A stretch of DNA of 64,000 nucleotides, taken from Anaerobutyricum sp. Its GTDB lineage: Bacteria > Bacillota > Clostridia > Lachnospirales > Lachnospiraceae. The position numbers were made by a program, and so were the translations under genes. The stretch spans positions 30,705 to 94,704 of the forward strand of contig CAVHRK010000025.1 of NCBI GenBank assembly GCA_963638365.1, read 5' to 3'. Within the stretch, counting starts at the first letter, position 1; each line of letters opens with the position of its first letter. Below the pieces are notes generated by a model. It ran no database searches, was not told the DNA's origin, and was given only the letters and a program-made list of their open reading frames with translations. Below, piece by piece: positions 27,941-38,100 of the stretch.

Positions 27941-28855
27941 CTATTCGTTATCTTTCGGATTATATCCGTAATTTTTGAGAAGCAGATCGCTGTCTCTCCA
28001 GTCCTTGCGAACCTTCACCCAAAGCTGCAGATTTACCTTTTCTTCCAGCATCTCCTCAATATCCCGGCGCGCAGACTGACCGATCTTGCGAAGCATCGTT
28101 CCCTGCTTCCCGATGATAATTCCCTTGTGGGATTCCCGTTCACAGATAATGGTGGCTTCGATATCCACAATCGTTCCCTTACTTCCTTTACGCCACTTCA
28201 TTTTCTCGATGGTTACAGCAATTCCATGAGGAATTTCTTCATCCAGACACCGTAACGCCTTTTCGCGGATGAGTTCGGCCACGATCTGCCGCTGTGGCTG
28301 GTCGGTGATCGTATCCTCATCATAAAACGCCGGTCCGTACGGCAGATATTTCATAATGCACTTAATAAGTTCTTCCGTATTTTCCTGTTTTAAGGCAGAT
28401 ACCGGAACGATCTCCTGAAAGTCCATTTCCTTGCGGTAAGTATCGATAAAACCGAACAGTTCTTCCTTTTTCACCGTATCAATCTTGTTAATGACAAGAA
28501 TCACCGGGGTTTTAATTCCTTTCAGCTGTTCGATGATATGCTTTTCGCCTGCCCCGATAAAGTTCGTCGGTTCCACCAGCCAGAGTACGACATCCACATC
28601 CCTTAAGGAGCGGGTTGCAATATTTACCATGTAATCGCCAAGCTTGTTCTTTGCCTTATGAATTCCCGGTGTGTCCACGAAAACGATCTGTCCCTCCTGT
28701 GAGGTATATACGGTCTGGATCCGGTTTCTGGTAGTCTGCGGCTTACTTGAGGTAATCGCAATTTTCTGTCCGATCAGACAGTTCATCAATGTGGATTTTC
28801 CAACGTTGGGTCTTCCGATCAGCGTGGCAAATCCGGACTTATAATTCTCCTCCAT
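27941..28855 (-). CDS. era: GTPase Era
   Basis: G1 motif GRPNVGKST, DTPG, NKID, and a C-terminal KH domain. Confidence 0.95.
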   Translation of the reverse strand: MEENYKSGFATLIGRPNVGKSTLMNCLIGQKIAITSSKPQTTRNRIQTVYTSQEGQIVFVDTPGIHKAKNKLGDYMVNIATRSLRDVDVVLWLVEPTNFIGAGEKHIIEQLKGIKTPVILVINKIDTVKKEELFGFIDTYRKEMDFQEIVPVSALKQENTEELIKCIMKYLPYGPAFYDEDTITDQPQRQIVAELIREKALRCLDEEIPHGIAVTIEKMKWRKGSKGTIVDIEATIICERESHKGIIIGKQGTMLRKIGQSARRDIEEMLEEKVNLQLWVKVRKDWRDSDLLLKNYGYNPKDNE

Positions 28856-28858
28856 GGG

Positions 28859-29926
28859 TTAATCCCTCATTTCCTGTTTCTGGTTATTCTCTATATCTGC
28901 TTTCTGTGCGTTTTCTTTATCCATATTCTTAAGATGCGCTTCATAGGCGGCCTGACGTTCCCGTTCCTTGATCTGCTGCTTTAAGGCTCTTTTCTCACTG
29001 CTCTTCTTTGACTTTTTCACGATCAGACGGATCAGCAGAATAACCGCAACAATAATCACAGCCCAGACAACGAGGTACGGAAGGGCAACCACAAATGCAA
29101 CGCAGAAATCAAGGAAGCCGTTTCCAATTCCTTTAAGGCTGTTTACAAATCCGCCCGTCATCCTCTGAAGACGTGTCTGTTCCGCTACCTGGGTATAGGT
29201 CTTTACTTCGTTAATATACAGATAGACGGTGCTGTAGGATACCTGATTGTCGAAGGTTCTCAGCTGGGATTCCATGCTTTCAATCTGATAGCGCACATCC
29301 GAAAGACGGCTCTCCAGCGTGATGATATCGTCAATGGTTTCTGCCTGTTCCAGGAGCTCTAACAACCGCTGTTGTTCGGTCTGCAGCGCCTCCTTATGGC
29401 TCTGCATATCCACATACTGCAGGGTAACATCCGTCACATTCTCATTCTTACTGATGACATTCGAGGATTCGGAAACAAGGGACAGGAATTCATCCAGCTT
29501 CTCTGCCGGAATCCGGGCCGTAATATTGGCATCACGAAGATTGCTGTAGCTGTTATAAGCACTTCCGTTATAGACATTACTGGTCTCGATATAACCGCCA
29601 AGCGCTTCGATCCTTCTTTCCACATTGGCAAGAAGGGTGTCAAACTCTTCAGTCTCTACAGACATATCGACATTCTTAATCAGCTTACGGCCGGTATCCT
29701 GTACCTTTTCCGCATTTTCTGTGGAACTGGCGGTGCTGTCATAATCCTCGCTTGCCGTTTCCTCATAATAGCTGTTGTCATAACTGTACATATCATCGCT
29801 TAAATAAGCAGAATCTGCTACTGCAGCTTCCGTCGCTGCACTCTTTGAAGAAGCACCGCAGCCGGTTAATCCTACTGCCATAAGTCCTGCTAAAACGACA
29901 TAACGCCACGTTATCTTTTTTCTCAT
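28859..29926 (-). CDS. DUF4349-like lipoprotein with coiled-coil region and C-terminal TM helices
   Basis: Lipobox LTGC. The pattern ..RKLIKNVDMSVETEEFDTLLANVERRIEALGGYIETSNV.. and the C-terminal hydrophobic segment fit DUF4349 as I recall it. I prefer the second ATG (GGAGG 9 nt upstream). Confidence 0.6.
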   Translation of the reverse strand: MRKKITWRYVVLAGLMAVGLTGCGASSKSAATEAAVADSAYLSDDMYSYDNSYYEETASEDYDSTASSTENAEKVQDTGRKLIKNVDMSVETEEFDTLLANVERRIEALGGYIETSNVYNGSAYNSYSNLRDANITARIPAEKLDEFLSLVSESSNVISKNENVTDVTLQYVDMQSHKEALQTEQQRLLELLEQAETIDDIITLESRLSDVRYQIESMESQLRTFDNQVSYSTVYLYINEVKTYTQVAEQTRLQRMTGGFVNSLKGIGNGFLDFCVAFVVALPYLVVWAVIIVAVILLIRLIVKKSKKSSEKRALKQQIKERERQAAYEAHLKNMDKENAQKADIENNQKQEMRD

Positions 29927-29989
29927 CCTTCTCATCCTCCCTTGCTTCTGACAAGAACACCCCTCTTATCCTATGCACGGAGCCGTTCC

Positions 29990-32920
29990 TTAAGACCGGA
30001 ACAGCTGCTCCATATTCATAAACAACTCTTTGCTTTCCTTTAATTTGTTTCCATTACCGACTACGCAGATATAATCCTGCTTCATAAAAGCTGCGACCTG
30101 TCTGCCAAGTCCCTGCATGATTTCCGGTGTGACAGCAAGCAGTTCATCACGCTCCCTCTGTAACCGTTCCATGGATAGCCCTGTCATGAAACCTCCCAGG
30201 GAATAAATACCCTTCACGGCCGGAGTCATCGGTGTATCCAGATCACTGATTGCCCCGATGATAAACTGGGTAACTTCCCGTTCATCCAATTCACAGCTCT
30301 CTATATAATCAGCCGCCTGCTCATAGGTCTTAATCGTTTTTTCAAGGTTCGGATCACGGTAAGAAACAAAGTATGCATCTCCGTTCCTGGCAAAGCTGCA
30401 CATACATCCGTACGCTCCACCAACCACACGGACCTGATTCCAGAGATAATCATATCCCATCATCACCTTAAGCACCTTTAAGGCACCTGTATACGGAAGT
30501 CCTTCTTTGACAAAGTTACCGGCACGGCATACATACTGGATCTGTCCGGCGGTTAAAAATCCTTCATTTTTCTTTTCAAGAACCGGTTCATACGTTTCCT
30601 TAACAATCTCCTCGGTATGGAGATTCTGGCGGAGACGGTCTACGGCCTCCTCAATTCCCGCATAGCCTTCTTCCGGTGCGGTATAATCCAGTAACAGGTT
30701 CTCCGGACGGAAGAGATATTTGCAGAGTTCCTTTAAGTTTGCAACCAGTTCTTCCTTACGATCCTCAAAATTCTTCGTAAGATCCTCAAGCAGACGATAC
30801 TGCGGAATGCCGTTTACCTGTTCGGTAATCGCTGCGGACTTTGAGAAGTATGACATGGCCCGGATTGCTGCCAGACTGTGTCCTGCACTCTGCATGGAAG
30901 CCTGCATATCGGATTTGCACTCCGTAAGGATTTCATACAGACGCTTCGTATCCGAGAAATCCGCATGGATCAGAATTTCTTCCAAAAGCTCTACCGCCTT
31001 GTCCTTCTGGTCAAATAAGAACTTCGTCCGGGCTTCAAAGGTCGGCTTAAACTTCGTCATATCATTCGCATTGGTATACACATTGAATACCATTTTCGTT
31101 CCACCGGTATGGATCCGGATTTCATTATACAGATCACTGTAGGAATAATGCTCCGTGTCAACCATTAAGGTAAAAATACTCTTTAAGATTCCAAGATAAG
31201 GGAACAGTCTTGCCGGTACATAAGAAGCATCGAATACGAGGTTCAGGTAACCAATTCCGTTCGTAAAAATGTTATGGTACAGAACGGGCGCTTCCTTACT
31301 ACCGCGCACCTCATTGACATAAGCCGCAGCTTCCTTCTTCATATCCTCTCTCTTAAGAAGCGGAATCTTCGCAAGATCCTCCTTCGGGCTCGGCTCCTGC
31401 TGATAAGCATGGAGTGCATGGGTTGCATCCACAACCGCCTGCTTTTCTTCGTCGGTCATCTGATCCTTCATCGCTGTCAGGCGGTCTGCAAGTTCCTTTT
31501 CCTTCTTTCCGGTAAGTCCCGGTACCGGTTCTACAACAACCACTGCTTTATGCTGATTATCAATAAAATATTTCTGTACCAGTTCTTCATAATAAGAGGT
31601 TTCAATCTTTTCTTTTAAGAACGCAAGCGTATCATTGGCTTCAATATGGATAAACGGCTTCTCTTTGTCATACAGCCAGCTGTCAAGTGCCTGCAGGCCA
31701 AGCATCAGTCCTCTCGGATAAGAGCCAAAGTCTGCTTCACGGTAACGGAATTCAAATTCATTTAAGGTTGCAAGAAGTGCTTTCTTGTCAATGCCCTGCT
31801 TCACAATTTTCTGCAGTTCTTCTTCAATAATGGATACGAACTGCTCCTGCTGTGCGGAAGAAGCGTTCTTTGCGGTAATGGAAAAATATGGCTGTGCAAT
31901 GCCGGTTTCGGAATAGCTGTACACCTCATCTCCGATTCCCGCATCCACAAGGGCCTGCTTTACCGGGGATCCCGGATCGGAACAGAGCACATGCACCAGC
32001 ACATCCATTGAAATATACAGTTCCCGGTCAAGGCTGCTTCCCATCGCAATATTATAGGTGAGATAAGTTTCGTTTTCTGCCGTATCATCCTCCATGACGG
32101 AGTATTCCCGCTTCACGCATCTCTTCTCTTCAAACGGCTTCTGTAACGGAATCGCCGAATCCACTTCCAATGTCTCATAAGAGGACAGATACTTTTCATC
32201 CAAGAAAGCAAGATATTCTTCCGGATCCAGATTTCCGTACAGATAAATCAGGCTGTTCGACGGATGATAATACTTGCCGTGGAACTTCAAAAATTCCTCA
32301 TAGGTAAGCTCCGGAATGACCTCCGGGTCTCCACCGGATTCCAGTCCATACGTGGTATCCGGATACAATCCGTTCATTACCTCGCGGGAAACCACATCAT
32401 CCGGAGAAGAAAAGGCTCCCTTCATTTCATTATAAACCACTCCGTTAATGGTAAGCGGCGCATCCATATCCTCCATCTCATAGTGCCAGCCTTCCTGGCG
32501 GAAAATCTTCTCTTCCTTATAAATATTCGGATAAAATACGGCATCCAGATAGACATGCACCAGATTCTTAAAGTCCTTATCGTTACAGCTCGCCACCGGA
32601 TAAACCGTCTTGTCCGGATAGGTCATTGCATTTAAAAAGGTATTTAAAGATCCCTTCGCCAGTTCGATAAACGGATCCTTCACCGGAAATTCCTTCGATC
32701 CGCACAATACCGAATGCTCCAAGATGTGTGCAACACCCGTGCTGTCCTTGGGCGGTGTACGGAAACCAATATAAAATACCTTATTCTCATCATCATTTAA
32801 AAGCAGCGTTACATACGCTCCGGTCTTCTTGTGCTTTAACAGATAACCGTCTGAATTCAGATCCCCGATGTGACGTTCTTCGATCACCTCGTATTTATCA
32901 AGTCCTTTTAAGCTTTTCAT
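29990..32920 (-). CDS. Peptidase M16C (insulinase/PreP-like zinc metallopeptidase, 976 aa)
   Basis: Inverted zinc motif HILEH near the N-terminus. Length and four-domain organisation are typical of PreP-like proteases. No signal peptide. Confidence 0.85.
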   Translation of the reverse strand: MKSLKGLDKYEVIEERHIGDLNSDGYLLKHKKTGAYVTLLLNDDENKVFYIGFRTPPKDSTGVAHILEHSVLCGSKEFPVKDPFIELAKGSLNTFLNAMTYPDKTVYPVASCNDKDFKNLVHVYLDAVFYPNIYKEEKIFRQEGWHYEMEDMDAPLTINGVVYNEMKGAFSSPDDVVSREVMNGLYPDTTYGLESGGDPEVIPELTYEEFLKFHGKYYHPSNSLIYLYGNLDPEEYLAFLDEKYLSSYETLEVDSAIPLQKPFEEKRCVKREYSVMEDDTAENETYLTYNIAMGSSLDRELYISMDVLVHVLCSDPGSPVKQALVDAGIGDEVYSYSETGIAQPYFSITAKNASSAQQEQFVSIIEEELQKIVKQGIDKKALLATLNEFEFRYREADFGSYPRGLMLGLQALDSWLYDKEKPFIHIEANDTLAFLKEKIETSYYEELVQKYFIDNQHKAVVVVEPVPGLTGKKEKELADRLTAMKDQMTDEEKQAVVDATHALHAYQQEPSPKEDLAKIPLLKREDMKKEAAAYVNEVRGSKEAPVLYHNIFTNGIGYLNLVFDASYVPARLFPYLGILKSIFTLMVDTEHYSYSDLYNEIRIHTGGTKMVFNVYTNANDMTKFKPTFEARTKFLFDQKDKAVELLEEILIHADFSDTKRLYEILTECKSDMQASMQSAGHSLAAIRAMSYFSKSAAITEQVNGIPQYRLLEDLTKNFEDRKEELVANLKELCKYLFRPENLLLDYTAPEEGYAGIEEAVDRLRQNLHTEEIVKETYEPVLEKKNEGFLTAGQIQYVCRAGNFVKEGLPYTGALKVLKVMMGYDYLWNQVRVVGGAYGCMCSFARNGDAYFVSYRDPNLEKTIKTYEQAADYIESCELDEREVTQFIIGAISDLDTPMTPAVKGIYSLGGFMTGLSMERLQRERDELLAVTPEIMQGLGRQVAAFMKQDYICVVGNGNKLKESKELFMNMEQLFRS

Positions 32921-32983
32921 CGTTTCCTTCCTCCGTTTTCTTTCCCATTCATTTCCTGTTTTACTTTACTTACGACTTTATTT

Positions 32984-33421
32984 TTAGATGGAAAAAGTCA
33001 TTAAGCCAAGCTTCGATAACTCAATCTCTTCGATCATCAGCCCGGCGGCTTTCTTCTTTGCAAGATTCATCTGAGCCAGTTCCTCCACCGTCCAGATTTC
33101 TTCCTTATAAACAATCTTTTCTTTCCCGGTCATCGTTTTCTTTACGGTCTGGGTGCGTACCTTGGCTCTTGCCTTTAGCTGCCTATAGGTTTCATATACA
33201 AAGGTTCCCTTTTCCATGTAATAAAATTCACTTTCGAGCGTTGTCTCCGGTGAAGCTTCCTTTAACAGATACTGGGAAATAATCGCCTGAAACTTAAACG
33301 GCACCCGCTCATCCTGTAAAAGTTCCTCATAGGTGTATTTCACGCCCAGCGATACCGTCCGGACATCCTGCAGTACATATTTAAAATCCTGATATTCTGA
33401 AGTTCCTTCAAAAAATTTCAT
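32984..33421 (-). CDS. Hypothetical cytoplasmic protein (145 aa), translationally coupled to the sigma-like gene
   Basis: The start MKFFEGTSEYQDF.. overlaps the upstream stop in ATGA (33418-33421). The N-terminal 60 aa of the longer track ORF are Arg/Gly/His-rich out-of-frame overlap. I recognise no family. Confidence 0.6.
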   Translation of the reverse strand: MKFFEGTSEYQDFKYVLQDVRTVSLGVKYTYEELLQDERVPFKFQAIISQYLLKEASPETTLESEFYYMEKGTFVYETYRQLKARAKVRTQTVKKTMTGKEKIVYKEEIWTVEELAQMNLAKKKAAGLMIEEIELSKLGLMTFSI

Positions 33422-34059
33422 TTCGTTGTATTCTCCTGATTTTCTTCCTGCGCAGTCTTGTTCTTCTGCTTTTTCTTCTCCTGATCGATGGCTTTCTTCA
33501 CAATGTCCTTCTCGGTCAGATCTTCCTGAATCAGCTCTTCCATGGCATCCATGACCATCTTCATGAGCATTCCTTCTGCCTCTCTGGCATGTTCGAGGCA
33601 CCCTAACATGGTAACGCCCTGTGCAAGAGCCAGATTGCCTTCCCCGACCAGATCCTCAATATAAACGCCCTGCCCGGTATAAAGCTTTGAAATCTCAATG
33701 ACCTGCGGCAGATAAATTTCAACAAGACGCTTCTGGGCATCCGTTTCTCCTGCCATGGCACTTAACAGAATGGCTTCCCGCTGACCATCGGTTACGGCTT
33801 CCATTGCAGCCAGCTCTTCTTCATACATTTTGAGGTAATCGACCTCTTCCTCTGACAGGTATTCATCCAGATCCACCGGCTCATCAATGCCGATTTTATG
33901 CTTCGTCAAATAGTCATACACCATCTGGAACTGGTCTTCCTGAAATTCCAGTTCTGCAAACGCCTCTGCAACCTGCTCCTTTGTCACGTAATTGCCCTGT
34001 TCTTTTGCAAGCTCCCGGATTTCTCCGAGCTTTTGTGCAAAAAGTACTTCTTTATTCAT
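33418..34059 (-). CDS. Sigma-70 N-terminal-half look-alike (regions 1.1, 1.2, 2.1, 2.2 only; 213 aa)
   Basis: KEQGNYVTKEQVAEAFAELEFQEDQFQMVYDYLTKHKIGI parallels SigA region 1.1. DYLKMYEEEL parallels region 1.2. AGETDAQKRLVEIYLPQVIEISKLYTGQGVYIEDLVGEGNLALAQGV parallels regions 2.1-2.2 (recalled B. subtilis SigA: [47 protein letters not shown]). Nothing resembles regions 2.3-4; the C-terminus is an acidic/Lys-rich tail. Confidence 0.7.
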   Translation of the reverse strand: MNKEVLFAQKLGEIRELAKEQGNYVTKEQVAEAFAELEFQEDQFQMVYDYLTKHKIGIDEPVDLDEYLSEEEVDYLKMYEEELAAMEAVTDGQREAILLSAMAGETDAQKRLVEIYLPQVIEISKLYTGQGVYIEDLVGEGNLALAQGVTMLGCLEHAREAEGMLMKMVMDAMEELIQEDLTEKDIVKKAIDQEKKKQKNKTAQEENQENTTK

Positions 34060-34110
34060 ATCGGTCCTTCTTTCCCAAACTTAAAATCTCGTAACTGTTC
34101 TGCAAGCGCT

Positions 34111-35007
34111 CTACTGCACATGCGTATGGGTAAACAGATGATCCTGACAGTATTCATAATTTCCGTTGCACTTCGAGCAGAAACGGAATTCCAGTTCCGG
34201 ATTCGTCTCATCCGTTCTTCCGCAGACCGCACATTTATGACGGGTGATTCCGCTGCTCTTCTTCGTTTCATGGCGTGGCTGCTGCTTCACAACCTGTTGA
34301 CGAATAATTTTAATCGGCCCCCTGCGCACCTTCTTACGGCTGGTAAAGAAAAATACCACGAAGTTAAGGAGGGAGGCGGTAATCACAAAACGGATGCCGA
34401 GGTTATAGTAAAACAGAGCCGAGCTCGTTCCATAACCGACAATGAACTGGTAAACCAGCATTGCCCCGTAAATAATGCCAAGGAACTTCACCTTGATCGG
34501 CAGAATGAAGAACAACAAAACTTCATAATCCGGGAAGGTGGCCGCATAAGCTAAAAAGATGGACATGTTGACATAGTAGGTGCTGAACATCGTCGGATAC
34601 GTGATATAGCCATCCACGGTCATCCACAGTCCAAGGCTCTGTGCCCCGAGCAGGGAACTTACTCCATACAGGATAAAGGCTCCAATCGCCGTAAAAAGAA
34701 TACCGGAAAAGATATAGACATTATACCGGTAGGTTCCCCAGGTCCGCTCTAAGCTCGTCCCGATCGAATAGTAAAAATAAAGCATTAACAGTGTCCAGAA
34801 ATCAAAGCTGTCCGGTGGAACAATCAGCCAGGTTACCAGTCTCCAGATCTGAAAATGGTGAATGATTTCATACGGATTCAAATATAAATAGGTAAAAAAG
34901 CTCGGATTGATCCATTTCATGAGGTAGCCGCATGCATAACACATAATGAGGATCAATGACAGATTCTTAATTGCATATTTGCCAAATTTCTTTTCAAAAT
35001 TACTCAT
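34111..35007 (-). CDS. Polytopic membrane protein with C-terminal cytoplasmic zinc-ribbon (298 aa)
   Basis: I prefer the start MSNFEKKFGKY (GAAAGG upstream). About 6-7 hydrophobic helices, with a rhomboid-reminiscent QIWRLVTW segment but no GxSG/His catalytic pair. The C-terminal tail is ..HKCAVCGRTDETNPELEFRFCSKCNGNYEYCQDH... Confidence 0.65.
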   Translation of the reverse strand: MSNFEKKFGKYAIKNLSLILIMCYACGYLMKWINPSFFTYLYLNPYEIIHHFQIWRLVTWLIVPPDSFDFWTLLMLYFYYSIGTSLERTWGTYRYNVYIFSGILFTAIGAFILYGVSSLLGAQSLGLWMTVDGYITYPTMFSTYYVNMSIFLAYAATFPDYEVLLFFILPIKVKFLGIIYGAMLVYQFIVGYGTSSALFYYNLGIRFVITASLLNFVVFFFTSRKKVRRGPIKIIRQQVVKQQPRHETKKSSGITRHKCAVCGRTDETNPELEFRFCSKCNGNYEYCQDHLFTHTHVQ

Positions 35008-35083
35008 TCTTCTACGCCTTTCAAAAACTATTAGTCCATTTATTCTATCATTCCGGCTCCAAAATGTAAACGTAAATGTTCCG

Positions 35084-35112
35084 TTGCTTTTTGACGATTC
35101 GTGTCGTATAAT
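35084..35112 (+). promoter_or_regulatory. Sigma-A-type promoter for the activase-fusion operon
   Basis: TTGCTT (35084-35089), a 17-nt spacer, then TATAAT (35107-35112), about 50 nt upstream of the ATG at 35161. Confidence 0.55.
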
Positions 35113-35160
35113 CACATGGTGATGAAAATTATATATATAGGAAACGAAAGGCGGTAAAAT

Positions 35161-38100
35161 ATGGAAAACAAGCAATATACACTCGGCATTGATATCGGTT
35201 CAACCACCGTTAAGATTGCCATTCTGGATAGTGCACACAACATCCTTTTTTCCGACTACAAGAGACATTTCGCAAACATCAGGGAGACACTTCATTCCCT
35301 TCTTAGTGATGCATACAGTCAATTAGGAAATATCAGGCTCCACCCCATGATCACAGGATCCGGTGGATTAACCCTTGCCAACCATCTGAAGGTTCCCTTT
35401 GTCCAGGAAGTTATTTCGGTTGCCACCGCATTAAAGGAAATTGCACCGAAAACGGACGTTGCGATTGAATTAGGTGGTGAGGATGCCAAGATAATTTATT
35501 TTGAAGGCGGTAACGTGGAACAGCGTATGAACGGAATCTGTGCCGGTGGTACAGGCTCCTTTATCGACCAGATGGCTTCCCTGTTACAGACCGATGCAGC
35601 CGGATTAAACGAATATGCCAAGGGCTACAAGTCCCTCTACACCATTGCGGCCCGCTGTGGTGTATTTGCCAAGTCCGACATCCAGCCCCTCATCAACGAA
35701 GGGGCCACCAAGGAAGACCTTGCGGCTTCCATTTTCCAGGCGGTTGTAAACCAGACCATCAGTGGTCTTGCCTGCGGCAAGCCGATCCGCGGCCACATTG
35801 CCTTTTTAGGCGGTCCGCTCCACTTCCTGTCCGAATTAAAGGCTGCTTTTATCCGCACCTTAAAGCTGGACGAGGAGCATACCATCGAAACCGAACATTC
35901 CCATTTATTTGCAGCGATCGGTTCTGCATTAAATGCCAAGGAAGAAGTTTCTTATACCATGGAAGAAATGGTACAGAAACTCTCTTCGGATATCAAAATG
36001 GAATTTGAAGTAGAACGTATGGATCCTCTCTTTGCAAGCAAAGAAGAATACGATGCGTTCTGTAAGCGCCATGAAACCCATCATGTAAAAACTGCCGATT
36101 TATCCACGTATCACGGCAACTGCTATCTGGGTATCGACGCCGGAAGTACGACTACGAAGATTGCACTTGTCGGAGAAGACGGATCCTTACTTTATTCCTT
36201 CTACAGCAGTAACGACGGCAGTCCCCTAAAGACGGCCATCCGTTCCATGAAGGAAATTTCCGAACAGCTCCCTCCCGATGTACATGTCGTCCGCTCCTGC
36301 TCTACCGGATACGGCGAACAGCTTATGAAAGCTGCTTTCCTTCTGGATGACGGTGAGGTCGAGACCGTTGCCCATTATTACGCAGCGGCATTCTTCGATC
36401 CTTCCGTGGACTGTATTCTGGACATCGGCGGTCAGGATATGAAGTGTATCAAGATCAAGAATCAGACCGTAGACAGCGTGCAGCTTAACGAAGCCTGCTC
36501 CTCCGGATGCGGTTCCTTTATTGAAACCTTTGCCAAATCGTTAAATTACAGTGTCCATGATTTTGCAAAGGCCGCGCTCTTTGCGGAGCACCCGATTGAC
36601 CTGGGTACCCGTTGTACCGTATTCATGAATTCCAAGGTAAAGCAGGCACAGAAGGAAGGTGCCAGCGTCCCGGATATTTCCGCAGGACTTGCCTACTCCG
36701 TCATCAAGAATGCCTTATTTAAGGTGATCAAGGTATCCGATGCTTCTGCTCTCGGCAAAAACATCGTAGTGCAGGGTGGAACCTTCTATAACGATGCCGT
36801 TTTACGAAGCTTTGAGAAGATTGCCGGCTGTGAAGCCATCCGTCCGGACATTGCCGGAATCATGGGTGCGTTCGGTGCCGCCCTCATCGCAAGGGAACGT
36901 TACAGTGCAGATTACGAAACGACCATGCTGCCCTTTGACAAGATTCTGTCCCTGCAGTTTGAAACCAACATGGCAAAATGTAAGGGTTGTACCAACAACT
37001 GCCGTCTGACCATTAACAAATTCTCCGGCGGCCGTCAGTACATTTCCGGCAACCGCTGCGAACGTGGTCTTGGCAAGCAGAAAAATGAGAACAATGTTCC
37101 CAATCTGTTTGATTATAAATTAAAGAGAGTCTTCGGCTATGAACCGCTTTCTGCCGAAGAAGCTACACGTGGCACCGTCGGTATTCCACGTGTCCTTAAC
37201 ATGTACGAAAATTATCCGTTCTGGGCAACCTTCTTTAAGGAACTTGGCTACCGTGTGGTTCTCTCTCCGGTATCCAACCGTAAAATTTACGAGCTTGGCA
37301 TCGAGTCCATCCCGAGTGAATCCGAATGTTACCCGGCAAAGTTAGCGCACGGACACGTGAGCTGGCTCATTAACCAGAAGGTCGATTTCATTTTCTATCC
37401 TGCTCTCTTTTATGAGCGTAATGAATTTGAGGACGCCAACAATCACTACAACTGCCCGATTGTTACCTCTTATTCCGAGAATATCAAGAATAACGTGGAA
37501 GAAATCGAACGCGGTGAAGTCATTCTCCGGAATCCGTTCATGTCCTTCCGCGACCTGAAAACCATCACCGAAGCACTGGTTCGTGAATTTAAAGAGCTTC
37601 CTTCCAAAGAAGTCATTGCCGCCAGTGAAAAGGCATGGAACGAATTAAGCGCTGCCCGTACCGACATGCAGAAAAAGGGCGAGGAAACCTTACAGTACTT
37701 AAAAGAGACCGGCAAGCGCGGTATCGTTTTAGCCGGAAGACCTTATCATATTGATCCGGAAATCAACCATGGTATTCCGGAGCTGATTACCTCTTATGAT
37801 ATTGCTGTTTTAACCGAGGATTCCGTTTCCCATCTGGCGAAGCCGGAACGCCCTTTAATTGTTTCCGACCAGTGGATGTACCACTCCCGTCTCTACGCAG
37901 CCGCAAGCTATGTAAAGACCGTGGATAACCTCGATCTGATCCAGTTAAATTCCTTCGGATGTGGTCTGGATGCGGTTACGACCGATCAGGTAAATGATAT
38001 TCTGACAGGCTCGGATAAGATTTATACCTGTCTGAAAATTGATGAGGTAAATAACCTTGGCGCTGCCAGAATCCGTATCCGTTCCCTGCTCTCTGCGATC

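Noticed and set aside
33422-33601. 60-aa N-terminal extension (MPRTCQRGRRNAHEDGHG..) of the 145-aa ORF
   Set aside because: It is an out-of-frame overlap with the 3' end of the sigma-like gene and has an implausible composition. The ATG in the ATGA overlap is the natural start.
33418-34059. The sigma-like gene as a frameshifted pseudogene of a full sigma factor
   Set aside because: I see no sigma region 2.3-4 sequence in any frame downstream. The following ORF is unrelated and precisely coupled by an ATGA overlap. Comparison with relatives is still needed (see the finding).
35008-35175. 56-aa N-terminal extension of the zinc-ribbon membrane protein ORF reaching into the divergent promoter region
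   Set aside because: It would cover the promoter and the start codon of the divergent 1415-aa gene. The internal ATG at 35007 has an SD and gives a sensible N-terminus.
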